Below, in pieces: positions 54,412 to 64,000 of a stretch of DNA of 64,000 nucleotides (its first letter is position 1; each line of letters starts with the position of its first letter). A program made the position numbers and the translations under genes. This DNA comes from Candidatus Iainarchaeum sp. Its GTDB lineage: Archaea; Iainarchaeota; Iainarchaeia; Iainarchaeales; UBA10219. Where the stretch lies: positions 256,001 through 320,000 of the forward strand of contig JAGVWE010000002.1 of the NCBI GenBank assembly GCA_018304425.1, in the 5' to 3' direction. The notes below the pieces were generated by a model. It saw only the letters and a list, made by a program, of their open reading frames with translations. It made no database searches and was not told the DNA's origin.

Positions 54412-55448
54412 GCGAACCCAACGCCTTTCACGGTCACGCGGCCGGGTTGGCCGAGGTCGCCCACGATGGAAATTTCGCAGTCCAGGAACTGCTTGGTCAC
54501 CGCGATGCTGGAAAGCAGGTGCTGGGAAACCTCCGCGCACTGGAAGAAGGAAGTGCCCTTCGCGAGGCCCATGAAGGGAATGAGTTGGTCCGCGAGGTGC
54601 ACGTCCACGGGGCGAAGGGAGCGAAGGGATTTCAGGAGGTGCACGGCCGCTTCCTCTCCCACGGTCACTGCGGGCTTGCCCTTCGCGCCCAAGGCGTTCG
54701 CGCCCAAGTGAGCTCCATTGTCAAAGCAGGCGAGCAAGTCAAGGCCGCTGCCAATCGTATCGGAATGCGGCGCGGCCTCAATGGATTCAATCCACTCGCA
54801 GTCGAATTCCTCGAGCTTCTTGTGCGCGGCCCTTGCCTGGTTGACGGCAACTTCCCGGGGAAGGGAAGCACAGTGGGAAACGCATTGAATGGACTGGAGT
54901 TGGCCGAGTTCCGTGAAGTCAACGGCCTTCAAGGGAAGCCGGCCTGGAACGGACTTGAAGGAAACGGCGCCATTACCCTTGGGATAGTAACCGCGCTTGT
55001 TCAACGAGAACTCGAAGTGCACGCCGAACGCCTTCAAGGCGGGCTGCAGGACCCCGGAAAAGTAGTTGGCTGGAGGAGCAAAGGGAACATCCGTTCCCCC
55101 CATCACGCGCAGCCGGACTTCCTCGCGCAGGGAAGGAGGCAAGAGGGCCTGCAACAACAGCGTCACGCTGCCCGCCGAACCGATGTTGACCTGGAGCGAG
55201 GAAGGCCGCACCTTCCCAGGCTTGAAGGTCAGCTGCCTGCTTTCCTTGACCGCGCCCTCGATTTCCGCGTGACAGGTTTCGGCAAGCGTTTTCACGGCCG
55301 TGAAGTGCTGGGGCTGGAGCCCCGGGTTGGGGCGGTTGGAGCGAATCGAGGAAATCGTGAACGGTTTGCCGGTAAGCGCTGACAAGGCCAGGCTCGTGCG
55401 CAGGACCTGGCCGCCGGCCGCGCCATCGACTGGAATGGGTTCAGGCAT
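54408..55448 (-). CDS. rtcA: RNA 3'-terminal phosphate cyclase
   Basis: GGQVLR, PGLQPQH, GYYPKG, DVHLADQL. Confidence 0.95.
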   Translation of the reverse strand: MPEPIPVDGAAGGQVLRTSLALSALTGKPFTISSIRSNRPNPGLQPQHFTAVKTLAETCHAEIEGAVKESRQLTFKPGKVRPSSLQVNIGSAGSVTLLLQALLPPSLREEVRLRVMGGTDVPFAPPANYFSGVLQPALKAFGVHFEFSLNKRGYYPKGNGAVSFKSVPGRLPLKAVDFTELGQLQSIQCVSHCASLPREVAVNQARAAHKKLEEFDCEWIESIEAAPHSDTIGSGLDLLACFDNGAHLGANALGAKGKPAVTVGEEAAVHLLKSLRSLRPVDVHLADQLIPFMGLAKGTSFFQCAEVSQHLLSSIAVTKQFLDCEISIVGDLGQPGRVTVKGVGFA

Positions 55449-55507
55449 ACGGAAAGGAGCTGGCAAAAAGTTAATAATGGGTTTCCAGGCCAATTACCTG
55501 GATTCGC

Positions 55508-56419
55508 ATGCGCATACTGGTAACGGGGGGAGACGGTTTCATTGGAAGCAAGCTCGTGGCCTTGCTGCGGAAGCGCGGCCACTATGTGCGGGAATTCAAG
55601 GGCGAAATCGCGGACAAAGCCAACGTCGAACGGCAGGTAAGGGGCTTTGACGCGGTCTGCCATTTGGCTGCTCTCATCGACGAAACGGCTGGCAGGCAGC
55701 GGCTGTTCGAAGTCAATGTGAACGGAACGAAGAACGTGTTGGAGGCCGCGGCCCAGGCACGCGTGCAACGGTTCCTCCACGTGAGCACGGTGGGCGTGCA
55801 CGGCGAAGCCAGGGAAAAAATTGACGAGAACGCGGCGTTCCACCCGGAAACGGGTTACGAGCAAAGCAAGGCCGAAGCCGAGAAACTCGTGCATGCTTAC
55901 CTGGAAGTGCTGCCCCTGACCATTGTCCGGCCCGCCCTGGTCTTGGGCGCCAACGAGTACTGGCGGAAAATAATCGACCAGGTCGCAAAGGGTTTCCCAT
56001 TGATTGGGTCGGGGAAAAACCGGTGGCAAATCGTGTACGTGGACGACCTGGTGGAGGCCTTGGCCGGGCTGTTGGGAAGAGAGGACGCCATCGGCGAAAC
56101 CTACATCGTGGCCGAGGAAAAGCCGAGCACGCTCCGCGAAATCTACGAGGAAATCAACCACCAGCTGGGCAGGAAAGAGCCCGTGAAAACGCTGGCCCCC
56201 GTGGCGGCGAAAGCCCTGTCCTATGTTTTCTTGGCGCAGAGCCTGGTCACGGGAAAAAAGTCCATTCTCTTACCTCAGCACGTCGACCGCGTGGTGCGCA
56301 ACCGGGAATACTCGATTGAAAAGATAAAAGCCCTGGGCTGGAAGCCGAAGTACGACGCCAAGGCCGCGGTAGCCAAGATGTTCGAAGAGTTCAAGGAAAA
56401 CGGCGTGGAGTGGGGCTAG
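55508..56419 (+). CDS. NAD-dependent epimerase/dehydratase
   Basis: TGGDGFIG, HLAA, YEQSK. Confidence 0.92.
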   Translation: MRILVTGGDGFIGSKLVALLRKRGHYVREFKGEIADKANVERQVRGFDAVCHLAALIDETAGRQRLFEVNVNGTKNVLEAAAQARVQRFLHVSTVGVHGEAREKIDENAAFHPETGYEQSKAEAEKLVHAYLEVLPLTIVRPALVLGANEYWRKIIDQVAKGFPLIGSGKNRWQIVYVDDLVEALAGLLGREDAIGETYIVAEEKPSTLREIYEEINHQLGRKEPVKTLAPVAAKALSYVFLAQSLVTGKKSILLPQHVDRVVRNREYSIEKIKALGWKPKYDAKAAVAKMFEEFKENGVEWG

Positions 56420-57186
56420 TGGCGACGCGTCCGCGACTTGGAAGGCGGTTTGGCCGGCACGGCTGGCTCGCCTGATTTTTGTGTCTGGGCCAACATACGA
56501 GTGAGTTCCGCGACCACATCGGGCAAAATGCCTTGCTCGTAAAACTCCCAAATCTTGGCCGGCTTTAAATGGGCTAACAGCAAAACCAGTTGGTGCGGGC
56601 GAACACGCAACAGGACGCGGGCCTTCTTCACCGGCAGGGCGGCGAGGAGTTTGGCCAGCCGTTTGGGTCCCACCTCGTCCCACAAGTGCGAGTGTTCGGC
56701 CGGCGGCAGTTTCTTCAACAGGGCATTCACGGCTTGCTTGCCGGCTTCCAGGTAAAAGGCCCAGGCCCGTGACGGCGGAAAGGCCGTTGTCAGAACCTGC
56801 GCGTCCCGCAGGCCGGCGGTGGCCAAGAACTTCTCCGCGTCCCGCGGATTTAGGTCATCCAACACGCGCTCGAGGAAAGCCAGGTTGGCGCGGGTGCGGG
56901 GCAGGTTCCGCGGCACGAAGCAGTCTGTGAGGATTGCCTGCGTGCGCGGCACGCCAAGAACGTTTGTGAGCGCGGCGAGTTGGTGGCGTGGAAGGAACCA
57001 CGCGGCGGCAAGCACCGACCTTGGCCTAGAGTTGAGGGCCAGGAGTTTCTTCACGCTTGGCGCATGATAGCGCTCGACGGCCATCACTTCCCGCACCCAG
57101 CGGGCATTGGAATCATGAGGCGGCTCGAACAGGTGCTTATGTCCACGCAAGGGAACGGTTGGAGGGGGTCGCCTGCCGAAGGCCAT
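56416..57186 (-). CDS. Helical Arg-rich orphan protein
   Basis: Start about 30 nt after TTTATATA on the minus strand. Confidence 0.55.
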   Translation of the reverse strand: MAFGRRPPPTVPLRGHKHLFEPPHDSNARWVREVMAVERYHAPSVKKLLALNSRPRSVLAAAWFLPRHQLAALTNVLGVPRTQAILTDCFVPRNLPRTRANLAFLERVLDDLNPRDAEKFLATAGLRDAQVLTTAFPPSRAWAFYLEAGKQAVNALLKKLPPAEHSHLWDEVGPKRLAKLLAALPVKKARVLLRVRPHQLVLLLAHLKPAKIWEFYEQGILPDVVAELTRMLAQTQKSGEPAVPAKPPSKSRTRRH

Positions 57187-57222
57187 GAAAGAAAAGGGTG
57201 CGACCAAATATATAAAATTAAG

Positions 57223-58020
57223 CTATTTTCTTTCCTTCGCGGCTTTTCTCGCGCCGTTGCAGAGCGCGGAAATGAGTTGCCTGCACTTGCCCAGGTCGCC
57301 GTTGGCTTTCTCGATGGCAGTTCCAACATGCAGGATGTCGGCCCCGGCCTTGACGGACTCGTACGCGAACTTTTCATCGCGCACCCCGCCCGCGACCACG
57401 ATGGGGATGTCGACCAACTGGCGCGTGTAGGCAATCATGTCCCTGGGAGCGGGGCTCTCGGCGCCGCCACCGGATTCAAGAATCGCAAGGCTCGCGCCCA
57501 TGTACTGGCCGGCCAGCGCGGTGATGCCGGCCAGGTAGGGGAGATGGCGGGGAACCGTTTGCGCACGCGAAATCCAGCCAACGGCTCTGCCGGGTTCCAC
57601 GATGATGTAAGCGGTGGGAATGGTTTCCAAGCCCAATTGCTTGATGGGGTAACTCGCGGCGGTCTGCGCGCCCGTACTCCAATAGGGGTCGAGCGAGTTC
57701 ATGACGTACATGAAGTAGACGGCGTCCGCGTGCTTGGAAATCGTGGCGATGTTGCCGGGAAACAGGATGACCGGCAGCTTGGAGTTTTCCTTGAGGGCCA
57801 GGATGACGTCGTCGAGGAGCTTGCCTTGCGCGCCCACCGAGCCTCCCACGGCAAAGGCATCGATGCCGGACTCGGCTGCAATCTTCGCGATTTTTCCCGC
57901 GGTCTCCACGCCGAGCTCCGGGGGGTCCACTTGCTGGAAGACCAGGGAACCCTTTTCCTCGAGTTGCTTCAAGATGCCGCGGTACACCCGCCCATACCGG
58001 TTCTCGCAACTGTACTTCAT
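57223..58020 (-). CDS. Geranylgeranylglyceryl phosphate synthase family protein
   Basis: VDP, VGGS, PVILFPG, LESGGGA, AGGVR. Confidence 0.9.
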   Translation of the reverse strand: MKYSCENRYGRVYRGILKQLEEKGSLVFQQVDPPELGVETAGKIAKIAAESGIDAFAVGGSVGAQGKLLDDVILALKENSKLPVILFPGNIATISKHADAVYFMYVMNSLDPYWSTGAQTAASYPIKQLGLETIPTAYIIVEPGRAVGWISRAQTVPRHLPYLAGITALAGQYMGASLAILESGGGAESPAPRDMIAYTRQLVDIPIVVAGGVRDEKFAYESVKAGADILHVGTAIEKANGDLGKCRQLISALCNGARKAAKERK

Positions 58021-58108
58021 ACGGATGACTTGGAAAAAGGGTTATATAAAGCCGGCTGGTGCCGGCTGGACACACTACGTCGTCCCCCTTACAGGGGGAC
58101 ATAAATAG

Positions 58109-58768
58109 CTACCCCAACTCGGCCAGGCGCTCGTCGATGGCCTGCTTTTGGCGCTCCCGGGGCTCGCGACGGAGTGGACCGTGACCGGGCAAGAGGGCGT
58201 CGAAGTCGAGGGCCCGGATTTTCCGGAGCGAGGCTTGGAGGTCGACGAGGCTGCCGGAAGGCAAGTCCCATCGGCCGACCGCGTCTGCGAACAGCGTGTC
58301 CCCCGAGAAGAGCAGTCGTTTTTCGGGTTCGAAGAAGCAGACGCTGCCCTGGGTGTGGCCAGGCGAGAACAGGAGGCGCAGGTTGAAGGGGCGAAGCGGC
58401 AACGGCTCGGACTCTACATAATAGCGGTTGACGTGGGGGAAGAACGCGCCCTGGAAGTAGCGGCCGGCCGAGAAGTCCTGGTCGCGGGCGTTGACCAGGC
58501 TGCCATCGTGGACGTGCATCCAGACCTCGGCGTCCGGGAACAAGGAATCCCCTCCAAAGTGGTCGCAGTGGCCATGGGTGTGGAAAACCGCGGAAACCTG
58601 GCCTGGCTCCAAGCCCAGGCCCTTCAAGGAATTAAGCAGGTTGGGGGTGTTTTCTTTTAGGCCTGAGTCGATTAGGGCTATTTTTTTGCCTGCCAATATA
58701 TAGGAATTTGAGCTTGGGCCGGTTGAGTAAACGCAATAAACGCCGGGGCCTACTACCTGTTCCACCAT
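58109..58768 (-). CDS. Metallo-beta-lactamase fold hydrolase
   Basis: THGHCDH, PGHT, SGD, PGHG. Confidence 0.93.
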   Translation of the reverse strand: MVEQVVGPGVYCVYSTGPSSNSYILAGKKIALIDSGLKENTPNLLNSLKGLGLEPGQVSAVFHTHGHCDHFGGDSLFPDAEVWMHVHDGSLVNARDQDFSAGRYFQGAFFPHVNRYYVESEPLPLRPFNLRLLFSPGHTQGSVCFFEPEKRLLFSGDTLFADAVGRWDLPSGSLVDLQASLRKIRALDFDALLPGHGPLRREPRERQKQAIDERLAELG

Positions 58769-58830
58769 GGAGGAAAAGCGGGTTAAAAGGCCTTTTAAAG
58801 CCTTCCGGGGCGGTATTATGTGGGGGTTGG

Positions 58831-59349
58831 ATGGAGTTTTTTCAAGCAGTGCGGGAACGGCAGTCCATTCGGGCCTTCAAGCCCTTGCCCATCGAGCCCG
58901 AGAAATTGGATGCCTTGTTTGAAGCCGTGAACCGCGCGCCCTCGGCGGGAAACCTGCAGGCCTTTGAAGTCGTGTTAGTCGAGGAAGCGGAGAACAAGGA
59001 GCGGCTGGCAAGGGCCTGCTTCCAGCAGGCGTTCTTGGCCGAGGCCCCGCTGGTGCTGGTGTTTTTCGCGAACCCGGAGCGGAGCACGCCCAAGTATGGG
59101 GAACGCGGTGAGTTGTATGCCTTGCAGGATGCCACGATTGCCGCGGCCTACACGCAGTTGGTGGCACAGGCCCTGGGGTTGGGCAGCGCGTGGGTGGGCG
59201 CCTTCGAGGAACAGGAAGTCCGGGAGGTCCTGCAGTGCCCAGCGGAATGGATTCCGGTGTGCGTCATCCCCTTGGGGCATGCCAATGAAAAACCTTTCCA
59301 CACGGATAGAAGGATAGCGGAGGAATTGTTCCACCGGTGGGGGCTGTAG
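58831..59349 (+). CDS. Nitroreductase family protein
   Basis: RQSIRAF, APSAGNLQ, GLGSAWVG. Confidence 0.93.
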   Translation: MEFFQAVRERQSIRAFKPLPIEPEKLDALFEAVNRAPSAGNLQAFEVVLVEEAENKERLARACFQQAFLAEAPLVLVFFANPERSTPKYGERGELYALQDATIAAAYTQLVAQALGLGSAWVGAFEEQEVREVLQCPAEWIPVCVIPLGHANEKPFHTDRRIAEELFHRWGL

Positions 59350-60687
59350 ATGGCGAGTTTCTTGGATGACCGGGAAGCCGTGGTCAAGAAAATCATCGTG
59401 TACACGGGCAAGGCGCGGGCCGACATCGAGAAGCTCATGGAGGCCAAGAAGGAAAAGTTCGCTGGCCTGTTGACGGAGGCGGGCGCGGCCTTCCTGGTGG
59501 CGAAGGAGCTTGGCGTGGACCTGGAGTTCGAGAAAAACATCGCCACGCGGTTGAAGCTGGGGCAACTCGAGGAAGGCATGAACAACGTGGACCTGGAAGT
59601 CGGGGTCAAGCAGGTGTTCCAGCCCAAAAAGTTCGAGAAAGGCGAGAAGAAGGGGCGGCTGTGCAACCTCCTGGTCGCGGATGACTCGGGGGAAATGAGG
59701 TTAACGGTTTGGCACAACGACGTGAAGAAACTCGAAGACGAAAAAATCGAGCGCGGGGCCGCGTTGCTGCTGAAGAATTGTTATGTTACTGCCTTCAACG
59801 ACAAGAAGCAGTTGAACCTTGGTTATAACGGGCAAATGATTGTGTTGAGCGAGCCGACGGCGGGGTTGCCCGGCCAGGCTAGGGAAGCCGTGAAGCTCGG
59901 GGAATTGAAGCCCGGCCTGAACGACGTGGATGTGGTGGCGAGGGTAGCGCGGGTGTACGAGGCCCGTGATTTCGAGTCAGCGGGAAGGAAGGGCAGCCTG
60001 CAGGGCCTGGAGTTGGTGGATGGCTCGGGAAGGGTGCGCGCAACCGCGTGGAATGATTTGGTGGAAGAAGCGGGGAAGCTCGTGCCGGGTTCGCTGATAA
60101 AAATCGAGGGCGCGTACACCAAGGAAGGAATGAAGGGAACCGAACTGCACCTGGGCTGGCAGGCCCGCATCATCGTGGAACCCAAGAAACATTCCCTTCC
60201 CTTCTTGGAGGAACTTGGCGGGCAAACGGTTGCCAAAAAGAAGCTGAATGAGTTGGTGGAGGGAAGCGGAACCGTGCAGGTCACGGGAAAAATAGTGGGC
60301 GTGTACAAGGGCAACCTCGCCTACAACACCTGCCTGAAATGCGGCAAGAAAGTCGAGGAAGACGGGGATGCTTACCGGTGCGCGGCCTGCGGGGAGAGCC
60401 GGGAAGCCGACCTCAACGCGGTGATCGGCGTGGGCCTGGATGACGGCACGGCCGAGGTGCGGCTGGTGGCGTTCGGTGACAAGGCCGAAAAACTCATGGG
60501 CTGGAACAAGGCCGAGTTGCGGAAGCGGCTGCAGACCACGATGGCGGAAAAACTGGTCGAGGAACTCAAGCAACAACTGACCGGGAAAGAGGTTTCGGCG
60601 GTCGGCCGCGCCAAGGAAAACCAGAACACGCGGGAAACCGAGTTCATCGCCTGGGAAATCGCGTTCAAGGAAACCCAAGCGGTTTAA
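59350..60687 (+). CDS. rpa: Replication protein A (three OB folds plus Zn finger)
   Basis: Repeated DxSG/DDGT OB motifs; CLKC...CAAC. Confidence 0.92.
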   Translation: MASFLDDREAVVKKIIVYTGKARADIEKLMEAKKEKFAGLLTEAGAAFLVAKELGVDLEFEKNIATRLKLGQLEEGMNNVDLEVGVKQVFQPKKFEKGEKKGRLCNLLVADDSGEMRLTVWHNDVKKLEDEKIERGAALLLKNCYVTAFNDKKQLNLGYNGQMIVLSEPTAGLPGQAREAVKLGELKPGLNDVDVVARVARVYEARDFESAGRKGSLQGLELVDGSGRVRATAWNDLVEEAGKLVPGSLIKIEGAYTKEGMKGTELHLGWQARIIVEPKKHSLPFLEELGGQTVAKKKLNELVEGSGTVQVTGKIVGVYKGNLAYNTCLKCGKKVEEDGDAYRCAACGESREADLNAVIGVGLDDGTAEVRLVAFGDKAEKLMGWNKAELRKRLQTTMAEKLVEELKQQLTGKEVSAVGRAKENQNTRETEFIAWEIAFKETQAV

Positions 60688-60714
60688 AAAAAGGTATTGC
60701 CCTATTTTGAGCGA

Positions 60715-61503
60715 ATGAACGCACGACTTGCCGTTGGAATTCTTTTGCTGTTGCTGATTGTGGCGGCGGGGTGCATGGGGCAACCGAAGGCCCCAGTACC
60801 CTCGAAACAGGTCACAGCCCAGTCTAGTCCCGCGACGAAAACCCCGGCCCATGCACCTGCAGCGACCCCTCCAAAAGAGGCTCCGGCCCCCGCAAAACCT
60901 GGGGGTATCGATTTGTTCGGCGCCTGGCAAACACTGGTGTCTGGAACGCCCCAGGAATACCGCCTCCAAGCCAAGATGACGATGGGCATGAACGGGGAAA
61001 CCCTGTTGGACCAGTATTTCAAGGGCGGCAAAATGCGCCGCTTGGACGGCCAGTCAAGTGGGGACGGCTTGAACACGAATAGCCGGATGTTCTTCTTGCA
61101 AAATGGGGGCACGGTCTTCTGCTCGACGCGGGAGGGAACGGAAACCTGCTTCAAGGTGGCGCCCCAAAACGACGAGCAAAGCCCTGCACAGTTCGATGCA
61201 AAAGCCTATGCGCCGAAACCCGAAGACTATCAATTGGGCAACTTCACCCTGGCCCCCCTGCCTCCCAGAATGGTTGCTGGAGAGTCAACTATTTGCTATA
61301 AAGTTACCTACGCCAAGGAGAAAGTCTCTGAGATGTCCGCCTGCTATACCCCTGATGGGATTGCGATGTATCTGGAAATGACGGGGCCCGAGAGCAGCAT
61401 ACACTTTGAAGCCCAGCGCCTGGAACGCCGCGTGAACGACGCCGACCTGGTGCCGCCGCCGGCGCAGAGCATGGAAGACTTGTACAAGGGCATCAGTAAC
61501 TAG
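60715..61503 (+). CDS. Putative lipoprotein, paralog A
   Basis: Hydrophobic leader ending AGC; Pro-rich linker; CYTPDGI. Confidence 0.8.
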   Translation: MNARLAVGILLLLLIVAAGCMGQPKAPVPSKQVTAQSSPATKTPAHAPAATPPKEAPAPAKPGGIDLFGAWQTLVSGTPQEYRLQAKMTMGMNGETLLDQYFKGGKMRRLDGQSSGDGLNTNSRMFFLQNGGTVFCSTREGTETCFKVAPQNDEQSPAQFDAKAYAPKPEDYQLGNFTLAPLPPRMVAGESTICYKVTYAKEKVSEMSACYTPDGIAMYLEMTGPESSIHFEAQRLERRVNDADLVPPPAQSMEDLYKGISN

Positions 61504-61513
61504 GGGGGAGAAG

Positions 61514-62320
61514 ATGGACACGAGAAAACGGGTGTGGGCATTGTTCTTGTTGGCTGGCCTCTTGTTGGCGGGCTGCGTGAGCCAGAACCCGGTGGTGGAA
61601 ACGAAGCCTGCCGCCAAGGAACCCGTGCCGGAGGCCACGAGCGCGGTGAAGCCGGAACCTGAACCCATATGGGAGCCGCCGGCCAAGCCAAAGCCGGTGG
61701 AAGCGGTCAAGGAAGCTGCACCCAACTGGCCGCAGCCCCAGAAAGCGGAAACGCCGGCCGACGAGTTAAAGGCGTGGATTGGCAAGTGGCCCCAGGAATA
61801 CCGGGTGCAGTACAAGATTACCTCGTTTTTCGGCGAACAAATCGCGGAAATGCTGGAAGCCGAGTACTTCAAGACGGACAAGCGGAGAATCGACTTGTTC
61901 GTCGACGATGGAACGCATTTCACGAACACGCGCACCTTCTACTTGCCGGACCAAACCGTGGTCTGCAATTCCCTGGACGGCGAAGCAGAGTTCTGCGTGA
62001 AAACCGGGAAAGAAGAGGCGCGAACGGACTTCACCCAACTAGAGCAAGCTGACTTCGCTTCCTACACCATCACCCGGGAAGAACCACAGCGCATTGCCGG
62101 CGACCAAACCAACTGCTACAAGCTGGTACGAGCGGAAGATGGCAGCGAGACCACGGTGTGCTACACCTTTGACGGCATCCCCTTGTACTTGTCCACGCTC
62201 GGCAAGCAGGACGGGGTGGACGTGGCAACCACCGTGGAAGCCGAGAGCCTCGAGCGAAGGGTTCCGGACAATGAGCTGGAAGCCCCGAGCGCGCAGAGCC
62301 TCGAAGAACTGGGCGGCTAG
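61514..62320 (+). CDS. Putative lipoprotein, paralog B
   Basis: LLAGC; shares PQEYR, CYTxDGI and LERRV with paralog A. Confidence 0.8.
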   Translation: MDTRKRVWALFLLAGLLLAGCVSQNPVVETKPAAKEPVPEATSAVKPEPEPIWEPPAKPKPVEAVKEAAPNWPQPQKAETPADELKAWIGKWPQEYRVQYKITSFFGEQIAEMLEAEYFKTDKRRIDLFVDDGTHFTNTRTFYLPDQTVVCNSLDGEAEFCVKTGKEEARTDFTQLEQADFASYTITREEPQRIAGDQTNCYKLVRAEDGSETTVCYTFDGIPLYLSTLGKQDGVDVATTVEAESLERRVPDNELEAPSAQSLEELGG

Positions 62321-62365
62321 AAAAACAGCCCATACGTATTTATTCTCCCACGGCGTCTTAATAGC

Positions 62366-63880
62366 ATGGCGGAAGGCGTCCTACCCCTAACGACCATTGG
62401 CATCATCATCGTGCTGGCCATCGGGTTGAGTATCCTGGTGCGCAGGATTGGCTTGAACCCCGTGCTCGGCTACATCTTCACGGGCTTCCTGTTGGGCCCA
62501 TTCTTCCTCGGCTTTTTGCACCCCGAGGACGCCTTGGTCGTTGGCTTCGGCGAGTTGGGGCTGTTCATCCTCTTGTTCTACTTGGGCTTGGAGTTGTCGT
62601 TGAAGGACTTCCTCAAAGCGGGTTCGGCCTCGCTTGGACTGGCCTTGATTGACATGACCCTGAGCGCGGGCTTTGGGTTTGCCTTGATGCAGTTGTTCGG
62701 CTACTCCTTCTTGTTCTCGGTCATCGTGGGCTTCATGCTGTTCTGCACGAGCACCGCGGTTGTAGCTAAGTTCGCCATCGACAAGGGCATCCTCCATGAC
62801 CCTCCCTCGCAGTTGGCCGTGGCCATCCTCATCCTCCAAGACTTCCTAGGCATCCTCCTCCTCGTGCTGGTCACGAGCATCTCGGCGAGCGGGTCAGCCC
62901 TTGAGCTGGGGCTAACGGCCCTGGCGTTTGCGGTTGCCGCGTTCTACGTCGTGCACCACCTGTCCCGGGCCGCGGACGCCTGGCTGACCAGCAAGGGATT
63001 CGGGCACACGGAAGTAACCTTGTACGCCATCGGCATCGGCCTCATCGTGGCCACCCTCGGAAACCTCCTGCACTTGTCAACGGCGTTAGGCGCCTACTTT
63101 GCCGGGTTCGCGTTGGCCGAGACCCGCGCGGGCGAAAAAATCAAGAAAGACGTGAACTTCATGCGCGACTTCTTCCTTGTGTTCTTCTTCGTGAGCTTTG
63201 GCACCACCCTGTTCTACGACCACCTCAAGGGAGACATCGTCATCCCGGCGGCCCAGACCATGGGCCTGCTGGTGGTGCTCGCGTTGGTCCTGGTGGTGCT
63301 CAGCGAGATTGCGCACAGCCTGGCAGCCGCCCTGTTTGGACCCTTGTTCGGGTTGACGCGGTTCGACTCCAGCACCACCGCCTTGTTGTTGCTGCCCTTG
63401 GGGGAGTTTGTCGTCATCATCGCCACCGCGGCGAGAGAAGTCCTGCCCGGCAATGAAACCGGGCTCGTGTCCACGCTGGCCTTCCTCATCATCGCCATTT
63501 CCGTGATTGCGTTCCAGCCGGCCTATGACCGCATCGCCTGGCACCGCAAGATTTTCGGGGCGCTGCCAGAGTTGTTCCAGGTCCGCCAGGCCCCCAAGAC
63601 CGAGCTGGCCGCCCACACGCCCCTGAGCCGCAGGCTCCTCAAAGAGTTCGGCTCTAACTTCCTCATCGTGGCCTGCCTGGCCTACGCCACCGTTCTATTA
63701 TACTATGAGCTGCCAAGGCTTGGGCTGCCCCTGCTGTACGCACGCCAGTCCACGGCTATTCTGGTGTTCCTCTTGTTCGCTGTTCTGCCCTTCTTCAAGG
63801 GCCTGGAGGCACTCTACCGGTTGCTCGAGCACGCCTTCAAGCAGGTGCACGAGCCGCTCTCAGCCACGCCAAGGGATTAA
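62366..63880 (+). CDS. Cation:proton antiporter (CPA2-like)
   Basis: LFYLGLEL, TSTAVV, ILQD, ALGAYFAG, GEF. Confidence 0.92.
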   Translation: MAEGVLPLTTIGIIIVLAIGLSILVRRIGLNPVLGYIFTGFLLGPFFLGFLHPEDALVVGFGELGLFILLFYLGLELSLKDFLKAGSASLGLALIDMTLSAGFGFALMQLFGYSFLFSVIVGFMLFCTSTAVVAKFAIDKGILHDPPSQLAVAILILQDFLGILLLVLVTSISASGSALELGLTALAFAVAAFYVVHHLSRAADAWLTSKGFGHTEVTLYAIGIGLIVATLGNLLHLSTALGAYFAGFALAETRAGEKIKKDVNFMRDFFLVFFFVSFGTTLFYDHLKGDIVIPAAQTMGLLVVLALVLVVLSEIAHSLAAALFGPLFGLTRFDSSTTALLLLPLGEFVVIIATAAREVLPGNETGLVSTLAFLIIAISVIAFQPAYDRIAWHRKIFGALPELFQVRQAPKTELAAHTPLSRRLLKEFGSNFLIVACLAYATVLLYYELPRLGLPLLYARQSTAILVFLLFAVLPFFKGLEALYRLLEHAFKQVHEPLSATPRD

Positions 63881-63903
63881 AGGCCTTGCACTCCAAAAAG
63901 GGT

Positions 63904-64000
63904 ATGCTCGTGCTTTCGGGGTATGAGTTGAAGCGGTTGCTGGCCCGCGAGGCCCTGGTCTCTGTCAACCTCTTTTCAGGCGAAGAAGAAGCCGAGTACG
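63904..64000 (+). CDS. Start of an unidentified gene (truncated)
   Basis: Open frame MLVLSGYELKRLLAREA... running off the window. Confidence 0.5.
   Translation, partial: MLVLSGYELKRLLAREALVSVNLFSGEEEAEY

Overview
Gene-dense, GC-rich archaeal chromosomal window. Gene content and short, leaderless-type promoters suggest a DPANN archaeon, possibly Iainarchaeota/Diapherotrites (inference, not verified). Most genes are informational: ABCE1, pelota, Elp3, Taw3, 2H phosphodiesterase, CCA enzyme, EF-1beta, Rad50, HerA, NurA, Hjc, DnaG, RPA, Rpo6, the eS19-PDCD5-eL39-eL31-aIF6-eL20-prefoldin-FtsY operon, SRP54, RtcA and Rpp21. Metabolic genes include tdh-kbl, ribD, tmk and GGGP synthase. There are also toxin-antitoxin-type pairs, secreted paralog pairs and many Arg-rich orphans. 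Four tRNA genes were found: Arg-TCG, Val-TAC, Gly-GCC, and Gly-TCC with a 98-nt BHB intron. The main unexplained signals are: (1) hairpin modules rich in cGAAg/cTTCg triloops that sit upstream of, inside and downstream of tRNA genes; (2) a tRNA-Val with a co-varied C8/G14/G21 triple; (3) a free-standing LAGLIDADG gene between a ~280-nt highly structured element and tRNA-Arg; (4) several unannotated structured RNA candidates (5S-like, SRP-like); (5) a degenerate PolB2-like gene beside herA-nurA. All calls are from reading the sequence and remembered motifs; no searches or folding programs were run.
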